Assembly: GCA_963826715.1 (NCBI GenBank)
Contig: CAWGYA010000002.1
Coordinates: forward strand, 224,001 to 288,000
Reading direction: 5' to 3'
Source of the DNA: Candidatus Bathyarchaeota archaeon
GTDB taxonomy: Archaea > Thermoproteota > Bathyarchaeia > Bathyarchaeales > Bathycorpusculaceae
Length of the DNA: 64,000 nucleotides
A program made the translations under genes and the position numbers. Positions 30,283-39,673 of this stretch are shown in pieces. The notes below the pieces were generated by a model that was not told the DNA's origin, searched no databases, and saw only the letters and a list, made by a program, of their open reading frames with translations. Position 1 is the first letter of the stretch. Each line of letters begins with the position of its first letter.

Positions 30283-31308
30283 ATGACCGTTCATCTTTTA
30301 CCTTGGGACAGTAGCCTCAACCTACTAACTGAAGCAAATCGACTCTACGACGAAGCAGCAACATTTAGCAGCATCCAAAAAGGTGACTTAGTCGCCGTTA
30401 AATTACATGTGGGTGAATTAGGCAACCCCTACTATGTTCAACCATTCTTTATCCACGACATAATCCGCCGCATAAAGGAAGCAGGCGGCAAACCCTTCCT
30501 AACCGATTCCAACACGTATTATATGGCACAACGCCATAACGCGGTTGACCATATGCAGACTGCTTTGATGAACGGATTCAACTTACCGCCTTTCATCGTA
30601 GCAGATGGGCTTAAAAGCGAAAACTATCGATCCGTAAAAACCCGCGGTATCTTAGGGGAAATTGAGGTTTCAGGCGCCATTGCAGAAGCTGATGCAATGA
30701 TTGTTGTCTCTCACTGCAAGGGTCACGAATTAAATGGATTTGGCGGTGCCATTAAAAATTTGGGGATGGGCTGCACACCCCACGCGGGTAAGCTGCGACA
30801 GCATCGAGTTGTTAGTTTGGAAATAGACACTTCCAAGTGTGTGGGTTGTGGCAAGTGTAAAGAAGTCTGCGAATTTCATCTGCCAGACATCATCGAGGGC
30901 AAAGCCCACAACAACTCGGAGAAATGCATGCGTTGCCCCATGTGTATCGAAAGCTGCCCAATGAATGCCATTCATTACATAGATAAACAGAACCTTAGCA
31001 GGGCTCTTGCATCAGCTGCTTACGGGGTGCTTTCCACCTTCAATCCCAAAAAAGTCTCCTACGTGAGCTTCGCCAAAAACATCACTGAAGGATGCGATTG
31101 TCTACCCAACCCCGGACCGGTTGTGCAAAAAGACGTCGGGATATTTGCTTCAGATTCAGCAGTTTCCATCGACGCCGCTTTTCTGCGTTCGGTGGATATG
31201 AAAGTGTTTAACAACGCATCTCAGGTAGACTGCATGATACAGATTTCCGAGGCAAAAGCGCTGGGTTTAATGGGTGAGTTAGCACCCAAAGTCGAAATGA
31301 TCATGTAA
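30283..31308 (+). CDS. DUF362 Fe-S protein with a 2x[4Fe-4S] domain
   Basis: VKLHVGE.GN, TDSNT, HCKGH..GFGGAIKNLGMG, two CxxCxxCxxxC motifs and CDC. Confidence 0.9.
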   Translation: MTVHLLPWDSSLNLLTEANRLYDEAATFSSIQKGDLVAVKLHVGELGNPYYVQPFFIHDIIRRIKEAGGKPFLTDSNTYYMAQRHNAVDHMQTALMNGFNLPPFIVADGLKSENYRSVKTRGILGEIEVSGAIAEADAMIVVSHCKGHELNGFGGAIKNLGMGCTPHAGKLRQHRVVSLEIDTSKCVGCGKCKEVCEFHLPDIIEGKAHNNSEKCMRCPMCIESCPMNAIHYIDKQNLSRALASAAYGVLSTFNPKKVSYVSFAKNITEGCDCLPNPGPVVQKDVGIFASDSAVSIDAAFLRSVDMKVFNNASQVDCMIQISEAKALGLMGELAPKVEMIM

Positions 31309-32044
31309 GATATTTTGTTACTGACTGCACCTTCTTTCTTTTGTTTCGTCTTCTTATGAAGTACCAAGCGAGCACTGCCGCCGCAACCACCACAACAGCT
31401 ATGACGATGTAATGAGAGAAAGCTGCCACTTCACGCCATTTGCCACCCAAATAGAATCCAATGTAGATAAGCAAACTATTCCAGAGCAGACAACCCACAA
31501 GGGTATAGCCCAAAAATTTGGCAAGAGGCATTTTGACGGCGCCTGCTGGAAAAGAAATCAATGTACGCACTGCAGGGATTAGCCGCCCTACAAAAACCAT
31601 AACAGCACCATATTTTGAGAAGTAATTGGCGGCTACTTTGAGTTGACTCTCAGAGAAAACTGTTCGACCTAACAAACGGTATTTGGTGAGAGCTTCTACA
31701 CCCTTTAAACCTATGAAATAATCGATTAAAGAACCAAGCATAGCCGCAACAGTCGCAACTAATAATGTGATTGCAAAGTCCATGTGTCCTGTGGAGACAA
31801 GGTACCCTGCAAAAGGCAAGATGATTTCGCTGGGTATAGGTAGAGAGCTTGCTTCAAGCAGCATCAGAGAAAAGACGCCGGCGTAACCCCAAGAAGCCAC
31901 AGTTTGCGTTAAGGATACACCACCGACTGGGTTTGAGGAATCAGCCAAAATCTCAAGCAAAACGTATGTGATTAGGATTATGCCCATTGCTAAGACAAAT
32001 AGAAAAGGCACATATTTTTTGAGTTTTGGGGCATTTAGGTGCAA
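31301..32044 (-). CDS. DedA family membrane protein
   Basis: LE...P.PSE..LPFAGY and GRLIPAVRTLISFPAG. Confidence 0.9.
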   Translation of the reverse strand: MHLNAPKLKKYVPFLFVLAMGIILITYVLLEILADSSNPVGGVSLTQTVASWGYAGVFSLMLLEASSLPIPSEIILPFAGYLVSTGHMDFAITLLVATVAAMLGSLIDYFIGLKGVEALTKYRLLGRTVFSESQLKVAANYFSKYGAVMVFVGRLIPAVRTLISFPAGAVKMPLAKFLGYTLVGCLLWNSLLIYIGFYLGGKWREVAAFSHYIVIAVVVVAAAVLAWYFIRRRNKRKKVQSVTKYLT

Positions 32045-32408
32045 CTGAGGGATACCAACGTTAGCTTATGGGGTAAACCGGAATTTAACCTCAACTATAA
32101 ACCCGATAATAAACCTGATAGTATTAAGGGGCTATATTTTTTCCCTAGACCCCCATCAAGAACGCAACAGCCAAGAGTGTAAAACAAATTTACTTTTCAG
32201 GACAAAGCAAAAAAAAAGAGCCCATACTTAGCGGTTGACTCAACATTTCTCCTGCAGGAAGAAAAACCAACTATGAGAAAAGTAACCAATCAAACCTTTC
32301 CCGTTTTAATGGTGAGAAGTAAAACATCAAATCATATTAATCGAAAATTAAAAGATTTGTCATGATGAAAATTTTTCGGAGCGTTCCATAAACTGAAAGG
32401 GGAAGGTC

Positions 32409-32477
32409 AGTTGTAGACACAAAAGGGATAATATTGGGGACTCTTAGCGTAGGAGAAGGTAAAACGTGTCTACAACT
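32409..32477. repeat. 12-bp perfect inverted repeat in a long intergenic region
   Basis: AGTTGTAGACAC (32409-32420) and GTGTCTACAACT (32466-32477), with a 45-nt spacer. Confidence 0.8.
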
Positions 32478-32790
32478 CTCCCTACAATGATAAACAGAGT
32501 CTGAGAATATCTATTTTATGAATTTGAAATAAGTAAAATTTCTCAATACCTCCATGCGGATATCAAAAGTTGATTTTAAGCAGAATTTCAATCAAGGTCT
32601 AAATTTAATAAATTCAAATATGAATGAACTTTAACTGAATAAGATTGTATCTTTCATATATTGAATTACGAGGTAAATTCACTTAGAATCAAATTTTCTT
32701 TTTCATAACTTGTGTCACCGAGGCACAGAAACAATAGGTACAGCAGCTTTATGGCATATGTTCGTTTATTGAAGTTCTCAGGTATTTAGA

Positions 32791-33018
32791 GTGGAGACTA
32801 ATAAAACAGTATATTTCAAACAAAGAAAGAAAATGGAAAACAAAATTGCCAATATCTTCGAAAATGACATGAAAAGTGTTCCAAGTAGATTCAGAATTAT
32901 ATTAGCGGACGATATTTTATCCGCATTTGAAAGTAGAATTTATGCATTAAACCAAGCGCAAACAGAATTGCAGGTTAACGCAATAACCGAAGGAGATGTC
33001 CAAAATAAGGAGATCTAA
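32791..33018 (+). CDS. Small hypothetical protein
   Basis: 75-aa ORF coupled to the downstream HTH gene; contains ILADD...AFE.R. Confidence 0.55.
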   Translation: METNKTVYFKQRKKMENKIANIFENDMKSVPSRFRIILADDILSAFESRIYALNQAQTELQVNAITEGDVQNKEI

Positions 33019-33322
33019 ACTCGAAACGTACGTTGACATCCTTAGTTTATTGGCGCACAAGGGACCGTTAAAGCTTACACACATAATGCACAAAGCCAAT
33101 GTCAACTACAACGTACTAAAAGAAAACTTAACCTTCCTTATCAAACAAGGCTTGGTTGAAGAACACACCATTAGGATAGAACGGACAGTTTTCACAGTAA
33201 CTCAACGTGGAATAACCGTGTTAAAGTATTTCCGAGAACTCACCCAAGCGCTTCCTATTTCTGAAGTGACTCTAAGTCAAAAAAGTAGTTCTTCTGATAA
33301 ATTTTACAAAAACAGTACCTAA
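32996..33322 (+). CDS. Small winged-helix DNA-binding protein
   Basis: RRSKLE..DIL..L...LKLTHIM.KAN.N...L..L...GL..T..G pattern. Confidence 0.85.
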   Translation: MSKIRRSKLETYVDILSLLAHKGPLKLTHIMHKANVNYNVLKENLTFLIKQGLVEEHTIRIERTVFTVTQRGITVLKYFRELTQALPISEVTLSQKSSSSDKFYKNST

Positions 33323-33728
33323 AACCTCTTTCTCCAAAATTATTTGCGACCACGTCATAGGCTGCTGACGACAAATTAGTTAATTCTATCTTAAAATTTA
33401 GCCGAAAAATTTTGTAACAGAAAATCTGAATTCCTAATGAAATTAAAAAATGAAAACCAATGAATTTCAATTAAGCGTAGGAACCGATAATAAAGGTAAA
33501 AACTAAAATTTTTCTCTCCTTTTTCAGTTTGAATTGGGAAAAATTGTGGATTTACCTATAAACTCATCTCGTTAATTATTGATTCGTCTTTTTTAATTTT
33601 CAAAAGGTTTATCGTAAGTTTAAATGTCAATTCTTTATCTTTAGTTAAACAGATTACTCAATTTATAAAAAACAAAAGAAGGCAACAAACAGCCTACTAA
33701 TGCAAAACTTTTGAATTTATTGTTTTTT

Positions 33729-33763
33729 GGAAATTTGGTGGGGTCGGCCGGATTTGAACCGAC
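33729..33763. repeat. att site, distal copy of the tRNA-Trp 3' end
   Basis: GGAAATTTGGTGGGGTCGGCCGGATTTGAACCGAC, identical to 41285-41319. Confidence 0.97.
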
Positions 33764-33828
33764 TTCACTTTCTCTTTTTTGAAAAGAGAACCTGAGCTAA
33801 GAGAAAAATTATTGTTTTTGTTGTTCAT
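33729..33828 (-). CDS. int(N): N-terminal fragment of the split integrase
   Basis: ATG 33828 gives MNNKNNNFSLSSGSLFKKEKVK-SVQIRPTPPNF; the att site is read in the same frame as in int(C). Confidence 0.85.
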
Positions 33829-33870
33829 GTTCTTTGCCTAAAGAAATAAAGGGAATACACACTTATAAAG

Positions 33871-33885
33871 TAGTATTTTATACTA
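33871..33885. promoter_or_regulatory. Palindrome TAGTAT-TTT-ATACTA between the divergent int(N) and RHH genes
   Basis: Perfect 6-bp arms centred in a 74-bp divergent gap. Confidence 0.45.
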
Positions 33886-33902
33886 TCAAGTAGGATAGAG
33901 TT

Positions 33903-34055
33903 ATGAAAACCAAAGTAAGTGCAACATTAGATCAAGCTATTTTAGAATGGATAGACTCTCAAGTCAAAACTCAAAGATTCCGAAATAGAAGTCACGCTAT
34001 TGATTATGCCTTAACCCAACTCATAAACCAAGGAAAAACCGAGAATATAATGTAA
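33903..34055 (+). CDS. Ribbon-helix-helix (CopG-like) protein, 50 aa
   Basis: Below the ORF-track cutoff: MKTKVSATLDQAILEWIDSQVKTQRFRNRSHAIDYALTQLINQGKTENIM. Confidence 0.88.
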   Translation: MKTKVSATLDQAILEWIDSQVKTQRFRNRSHAIDYALTQLINQGKTENIM

Positions 34056-34103
34056 AGAAAAAGAGAAAAGGTTCACTTTTAGACTTCGATTGTTTGCGTT
34101 ACC

Positions 34104-34514
34104 TCATAATAATATCTCGACAAGGCGGGATTTTTCAGTGATAACACGAGAGTTAACCGTTACCGTTGGCTCACTATAACTTAGAATAACATCTATTTGG
34201 TCTGCAACATCACGCAATTTTTGAGCCGTTTCATGTGTTCCCGGAAGATAACCACATTCAAGCCTATACCAACCATGCTCTTTATCAACGCGGGGTTTTG
34301 ACTCTGGAGCTTTCCTACTGTAAGCGATAAACTGCACTTCAGAACCATACTTGTAACTATTAGTTACCAAACCAATAGCGAATGTGCTATCCGGAAAAAC
34401 CAACTTTTCTTTTTCGTTAATTGTTGCCGTTGTCAAATGGCTAGTCGTTGGAGAAATAAGCAAATCGTAGTAGTAAGCACCGTAACGAATTTTTGGCTCA
34501 GAAACAAATGTCAA
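34104..34514 (-). CDS. Element orphan protein
   Basis: Last gene of a chain coupled by 4-nt overlaps. Confidence 0.7.
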   Translation of the reverse strand: MTFVSEPKIRYGAYYYDLLISPTTSHLTTATINEKEKLVFPDSTFAIGLVTNSYKYGSEVQFIAYSRKAPESKPRVDKEHGWYRLECGYLPGTHETAQKLRDVADQIDVILSYSEPTVTVNSRVITEKSRLVEILL

Positions 34515-35164
34515 CGCTTAAAACTCCAAGGACTAGTGTTTACAAGTTCAGAAGAATGATAAGCGCATACCTGATACTCCTTAGCGACCTTGCCTTTAGG
34601 GTGATAAATCATAACTGATGTAGCTTCGTTTTTGCAACTGCCAATCATACAACGGTTTTCTAATTCAGAGTCATTCACAATAGCGTTAGAATTGCAATTA
34701 ACAATTCGTCTAGGTCTATTCTGAACGTTCTGAGTAAAACTTAACTCTCCAATAGCAACATTAACAACAGTTTCTTTTCTATCAGGTTCAATTTTCGTAT
34801 TAGCTAAGGCATGCTTTTTTATCATAGTTGCTGTTACGTAAGCCACGCTGTATTCGCAGAGTATTTTACAAACTGAGGTTCCATTTTGCTTTACTGCATT
34901 ATTTAAGGCTGTGCGTAGGTTTTTTGGGCAATCAAAACTTAAATGCGTCATTTCTCCATTAAATAAGGCTTGCTTAGTCGCTAAATCATCTATGGAAAAA
35001 GGCATGCTTTCAGCAATACGTAAATCCATAGTTGTTTTAGCTTTTTTGTTGTGTTTGGTTGTGAATGCTTTAGGATTGTAGTTTATGGGTTGTTCATTAA
35101 TTAAATAATCATGCTCTTCTGTGGGGTTTTGAAATGCTAAATCTTTGGGGTTAGTGGCTGTCAT
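34511..35164 (-). CDS. Element protein with an internal RHH-like segment and C-terminal Zn finger
   Basis: HLSFDCPKNLRTALNNAVKQNGTSVCKIL (RHH-like) and CMIGSC...CAYH. Confidence 0.7.
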   Translation of the reverse strand: MTATNPKDLAFQNPTEEHDYLINEQPINYNPKAFTTKHNKKAKTTMDLRIAESMPFSIDDLATKQALFNGEMTHLSFDCPKNLRTALNNAVKQNGTSVCKILCEYSVAYVTATMIKKHALANTKIEPDRKETVVNVAIGELSFTQNVQNRPRRIVNCNSNAIVNDSELENRCMIGSCKNEATSVMIYHPKGKVAKEYQVCAYHSSELVNTSPWSFKR

Positions 35165-35325
35165 GCTGTTGCCTTCTTACAGTTTTTGCCGTTGTTGGTT
35201 AAGCAAACTTTGTGTGGTTCCCAACCGTCATAAAAGTCGCAAGTTCCATCTAGAACTTTTGAGCAGAAGAAACTGTATGGAGTGATGTCTTTTAGCAAAA
35301 GTTTTAAATGAAATTCTCTGCTCAA
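35161..35325 (-). CDS. 54-aa microprotein with four Cys
   Basis: TTG start gives MSREFHLKLLLKDITPYSFFCSKVLDGTCDFYDGWEPHKVCLTNNGKNCKKATA; 4-nt overlaps with both neighbours. Confidence 0.7.
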   Translation of the reverse strand: MSREFHLKLLLKDITPYSFFCSKVLDGTCDFYDGWEPHKVCLTNNGKNCKKATA

Positions 35326-35567
35326 GTAGATACAGCTCCCATACTATAGTTTAGTTGGGGTGCGGCTGCTTGTCGAGGTTGATCTTGGCGGGTCGCCTCA
35401 CAAGCTACAGTTAACCAACAGTGAACGTTTAAGCCGTCGTCGCTGGGCATTATTTTGCTCCGGACGCTTAACGGGAAAACGTTTTCTAAGGTTTCAAGGG
35501 TTTTTAAAACTCGGGTTTGTTCCCCGATTATTTTTATGCTTATTTTGGTGTTTGTGTTCATGTTCAA
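35322..35567 (-). CDS. Element orphan protein
   Basis: First gene of the leftward coupled operon. Confidence 0.65.
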   Translation of the reverse strand: MNMNTNTKISIKIIGEQTRVLKTLETLENVFPLSVRSKIMPSDDGLNVHCWLTVACEATRQDQPRQAAAPQLNYSMGAVST

Positions 35568-35620
35568 CTTTCACTTGAACCGTTGCTGTGCCTCCAAGCA
35601 ACAGTTGGCTTCAAACATTT

Positions 35621-35677
35621 TATCGCTACGTAGCTATTCGCACCGATATTAATATAAGTATCGCTACGTAGTGATAC
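35621..35677. promoter_or_regulatory. Repeated palindromic sites in the divergent control region
   Basis: TATCGCTACGTAG occurs at 35621 and 35659; the second extends to the 20-bp near-palindrome GTATCGCTACGTAGTGATAC; ATATTAATAT lies between them. Confidence 0.65.
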
Positions 35678-35687
35678 AGGGTTAATT

Positions 35688-36263
35688 ATGCCGAGAAACA
35701 AGGAAGCCGTGAGAAAAGCACAAGAAAAATATCGAGATAAGAAACGGCAAGAGTTGGCAGAAAAAGCTAAAGTAATTAGGGAATATAAAAAACAAACTGA
35801 TAAGAAATTAGTCAACATCCTTTTTAATCGTTTATCGGAACAAGAGCAGCAACAAATAAAACCGCTCATAGATGCTGAAAAATTTCAAGAAGCAAAAAGA
35901 GCACTGGTTTTATTACAATATCAAAAAAGGGAAAAACAAGCTTTTGACATTAATAATTTTAAGCATCAACTTGTGAAAAAATATGTTCATTCTGATCCTG
36001 AATACTTAATACTTACACAAGAAGGACAGGCCTTCTATGAAAAATCTTTTCTCGCTTTCCTGAATTTCTTACAAACAACTCATGATTTAGAATTTCTAAA
36101 ACAAAGCGAGGATAAGGATGTTCTTTCAAAAATTGACATCTATCATACAAAACAATCCAAAGAAATAATGGCTGAGTTGGATCAATTCTTAAACAAAAAT
36201 TTAGTTAAATCAACCAAAGAAGTTAGAAAAGAAAGAGATAATCAGGGAAAAATAAACCTTTAA
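35688..36263 (+). CDS. Element protein with a basic N-terminal helix (putative DNA binding)
   Basis: MPRNKEAVRKAQEKYRDKKRQELAEK followed by helical sequence. Confidence 0.7.
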   Translation: MPRNKEAVRKAQEKYRDKKRQELAEKAKVIREYKKQTDKKLVNILFNRLSEQEQQQIKPLIDAEKFQEAKRALVLLQYQKREKQAFDINNFKHQLVKKYVHSDPEYLILTQEGQAFYEKSFLAFLNFLQTTHDLEFLKQSEDKDVLSKIDIYHTKQSKEIMAELDQFLNKNLVKSTKEVRKERDNQGKINL

Positions 36264-36303
36264 AATGGGTTAATTAAGCTAAATCCGTTAGGAGAATCAA
36301 CTG

Positions 36304-36567
36304 TTGACTGTATCCCCCCCAATAAGAAGCGACATATTATTAGCCTTATGGAAAAATTACCATATCTTAAAGGATTTACGCGAAGCAATAGAACAAAACA
36401 AAAAAGATGTTTCCCCCAAAAACAAATTTCAAGTTTACATTATTCAGGTTCAAGCTCAACTTTGCAAGGCTATTCTCGCAGGGTTAAGCGATCAGGAGCT
36501 AGAACTTAGATTAAAGGTGCTTGAGGAAAAATTAGCTAACGGAGTGTTAATCCCAAAACATGAATAA
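36304..36567 (+). CDS. Element orphan helical protein
   Basis: Upstream AGGAG; C-terminal ELELRLKVLEEKL. Confidence 0.7.
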   Translation: MTVSPPIRSDILLALWKNYHILKDLREAIEQNKKDVSPKNKFQVYIIQVQAQLCKAILAGLSDQELELRLKVLEEKLANGVLIPKHE

Positions 36568-37180
36568 CCTAAATAGAAAACTAACCAAACTAGAAAACAA
36601 CGTTGTTTCAGAAAATCCAAACCCTCAAGAAACCTTTTTGTCAATCCATAACGAAGCGGAACAAGCGTTACACGAACACGCAGCAAAAATACACAGAAAC
36701 CTAGTTAACAACTCTAACATTACCCTCGACATGATGTTTGATACTTCTATCCCGCTCATTAAACGTAATGAAATGGCTAAAGCACAACTGGCAGAGTATG
36801 ATCAAAACGACTTAGCTATACTTAATTCAAGTGATAACTTGATAAAACGTCGGATTCTTGACTTATTCATTAATGACCAAACAGCTATTTACCCAGAACA
36901 TAAGAACTATTTTTCAGAGCGTTTAATGTGGTTTCTATCAGAGTTTCAAGAATACGTAAAGCAGCAAACACATGCGACAATAATTGAGGAAAGCCCAGAA
37001 TATCAAGCAAACTTAGATGACGATAATGCGCCGGATTTAGTTGAAGAATATTTTAAAACCCAGCGTGACACTTTTACGCTTGAAAGCTGGGATGTTTTTT
37101 TTGATACTTACGTTTTGCCGATAGTAAGGAAACATCTAAAAGAAAAGTCAGAATTAGCCAAATCTGTTACTATTTCATAA
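36560..37180 (+). CDS. Element orphan helical protein
   Basis: Starts MNNLNRKLTKLEN; overlaps the preceding gene. Confidence 0.75.
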   Translation: MNNLNRKLTKLENNVVSENPNPQETFLSIHNEAEQALHEHAAKIHRNLVNNSNITLDMMFDTSIPLIKRNEMAKAQLAEYDQNDLAILNSSDNLIKRRILDLFINDQTAIYPEHKNYFSERLMWFLSEFQEYVKQQTHATIIEESPEYQANLDDDNAPDLVEEYFKTQRDTFTLESWDVFFDTYVLPIVRKHLKEKSELAKSVTIS

Positions 37181-37583
37181 TTGGAGTAGGATAAATTTTC
37201 TCTAGTTCTGGAATCAAAGCCCTTGCTTCAGTTAATTGATCGGTTAAGCTTGCAATATCTTGATTCGCTTGATCTATTTCAATATTCAAAGTTTCAATTT
37301 GCGCATTCAACTGAATTACATCATTATTCTTTGACAAGCTAGTCTTCTCAAGGTTACTGAGTTGACTCTGCAAATTAGTAATTTGTTTATTTAACTGAGC
37401 TACTTCGCGGTTTTTACTGCTTATTTCACTTTGAAGTTTGGAAATGTCGTTTATCAAATTTCCATGATCAGTTAAGTATGCTTGATAAGAGAACCAGCCT
37501 AACACTGAAAAAAGGAAAATACATAAAGCGATTGCTGAGATTTTTTTTGCGGTTGACTTTCTTATTGAAACGGTTTCTGACAT
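37170..37583 (-). CDS. Membrane-anchored coiled-coil protein (paralog 1)
   Basis: N-terminal TM helix followed by about 85 aa of heptad repeat. Confidence 0.8.
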   Translation of the reverse strand: MSETVSIRKSTAKKISAIALCIFLFSVLGWFSYQAYLTDHGNLINDISKLQSEISSKNREVAQLNKQITNLQSQLSNLEKTSLSKNNDVIQLNAQIETLNIEIDQANQDIASLTDQLTEARALIPELEKIYPTPIMK

Positions 37584-37627
37584 TTTATTTGGCTACCCTT
37601 TTTCCTTTTTTAAATCTTCACTTGCTT

Positions 37628-38050
37628 TTACTTAACGATAACAACTGGGCCTTCTGCTATTCCTGCCTGTAATATTTTGATATAATGTTGTGCGTCTGAT
37701 AATTCGTTTGTCAAGGTTGTAATTTTATTGTTAGCTTGTCCGAGTTCAACATTTAGAGCATTTATTTCTGAGCTTAACTGTACTATATCATCACTCGTAG
37801 GGGAAATAATTTTTGTCAGATTATTTATTTGACTCTGTAAGTCAGCAATTTGTATGTTTAATTGTTCAATGTCAGAGGATTTATTGTTCAATTGGTTTTG
37901 GAGTTGAGAAATATTCTTTGTTAGAGCAACACGTGGAAGAAAGACTCTATCATAGAGGAAGTAACTAGCAGCGGAAAGTACGATAATAATACAAGTTACT
38001 GCAATTAATTTCTTGACCGTTGATTTCTTGACTACAATTTTTTCCGACAT
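37628..38050 (-). CDS. Membrane-anchored coiled-coil protein (paralog 2)
   Basis: MSEKIVVKKSTVKK, TM helix and heptads; collinear with 37170-37583. Confidence 0.8.
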   Translation of the reverse strand: MSEKIVVKKSTVKKLIAVTCIIIVLSAASYFLYDRVFLPRVALTKNISQLQNQLNNKSSDIEQLNIQIADLQSQINNLTKIISPTSDDIVQLSSEINALNVELGQANNKITTLTNELSDAQHYIKILQAGIAEGPVVIVK

Positions 38051-38159
38051 GTACTTGCCCCGCAAAATTGAATTGTTTTACTATTTGATACATTTTGCTT
38101 ATTTAATTTGCCACTTCCTTTCTTTAAGGCTGTTCCTTGCAGATTGAATCACTATTAGC

Positions 38160-38717
38160 TTAACACTCTTTTTCACGAATCTTTTTTTTATTCTCAACTT
38201 TCAGCACTTTATTTCTATTCTTATTCCAGAGAATATCAATAATTATCGCTGCAACTATTATGGGAATAGAGAATACAAGAATCAGAGCAATACCATATTG
38301 GTCGAATAAATAGGAATAATCTGGAAAATAATATCGATATAGTGTCACACAGTAATCCTGAATTGCCCAAACAGGAGTGTAGAATGGATCGATTGAATTA
38401 GCAAGTTTGTTTGATATTTCCCCATAAGGGACACGAAGAACTGTGGTTGTCAACCATGACCAAAACTGTAATCTCAAACCAACAAAAAATATAGATCCAG
38501 TAAGCATGCTTAATGGCGTATAGAAAAATAAAATCCGTTTCCAAAATTGATAATCCTTAAAGAAATCCTTGAATTTCACTTGATAGAGAATTGCTGCTAT
38601 ACCGATTGTTAATCCGACAATATATCCGACATGAGCAATAGTCTGAGAACTATAGCCATCCAGTAAAGATAGAACTATAGTTTGAAAATCTGTCTCTGAG
38701 ATAGCATACAAGCTCAT
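38160..38717 (-). CDS. Element membrane protein (3-4 TM helices)
   Basis: Several hydrophobic helices and a basic C-terminal tail. Confidence 0.7.
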   Translation of the reverse strand: MSLYAISETDFQTIVLSLLDGYSSQTIAHVGYIVGLTIGIAAILYQVKFKDFFKDYQFWKRILFFYTPLSMLTGSIFFVGLRLQFWSWLTTTVLRVPYGEISNKLANSIDPFYTPVWAIQDYCVTLYRYYFPDYSYLFDQYGIALILVFSIPIIVAAIIIDILWNKNRNKVLKVENKKKIREKEC

Positions 38718-39095
38718 GTTTGCTAAATCGTTCGTTTTTCTATATTTAATTTGCTATTTTAGTTTACGGCACAGATTGACAAGCGTGCGCCGTATGGTTG
38801 ACGTTGAACTAATCAAAGTCGGAAAAAATAACTCTATTGCATTAGCACAATCGCCACGCATATGGTCGTCTTACAACTTCCTCTAAAATCCTTTCTGCAT
38901 CTTCGAGGTTTTCAGCTACGACAATTATCTCTACATTCTAGTCTAAATCTGAGGTAAATATAAAACGTGGCATATCTTTCCATCACTAAAAACATTCTTA
39001 CAAGGGTACAAATAAAGTTAGCGAAATATTAGCCCACTTTTTTTGACTTTTTTAGCGATGCAAAAACTTTAACCGTCAATAGATAGAAATAACTT

Positions 39096-39548
39096 TTGAA
39101 AGAGAAAATGTCAAAAAAGTTTTTGGTTACAGGTTTGGTTATTGGTCTTCTAATAGGGTTATCCATAGGTTATTTTTTGCCAAGCCTTATTTCAAATCAA
39201 TTAAGTCTTAATGAAATTACGGATCATAAAGTATCTTTAACGGTAACCAACATGGCAATTCAAGTAACTGGAGATTACTATCTTCTTCGAGTAAGTGCAA
39301 ACTTACCTTATAACAGCCTGACTTTATTCAATTGCGTAATGAAAGTGAGTTATCTAACGGAAAATAATCTTTGGAAAACTGCTTCTGAGAATATTGGACT
39401 TGTAAATTATGGTCAATATGTAGAGCCACACGTTAAGTTAGATGCTGATTTCAAAATTGGTGACCCAACACTTGAACACAGTAATTACTATCACTCATAT
39501 GATGGCGCCAATGTTGAAGTCGAAGTATATGGTTATATTGAGCCATAG
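39096..39548 (+). CDS. Membrane-anchored beta-rich protein
   Basis: KK+GLxxGLxxG TM helix followed by a beta-sandwich-like domain. Confidence 0.7.
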   Translation: MKEKMSKKFLVTGLVIGLLIGLSIGYFLPSLISNQLSLNEITDHKVSLTVTNMAIQVTGDYYLLRVSANLPYNSLTLFNCVMKVSYLTENNLWKTASENIGLVNYGQYVEPHVKLDADFKIGDPTLEHSNYYHSYDGANVEVEVYGYIEP

Positions 39549-39673
39549 CCGAGTTCGAAAAAATGTCGAATTAATTATGTTTGATAAGGTCAAAACATAG
39601 ATGGATAACTTATATGAAATCAACAAGTTTTAAAAAGAAACTGAGTCAAATACTAAGTAATAGAGGGTTCGAT

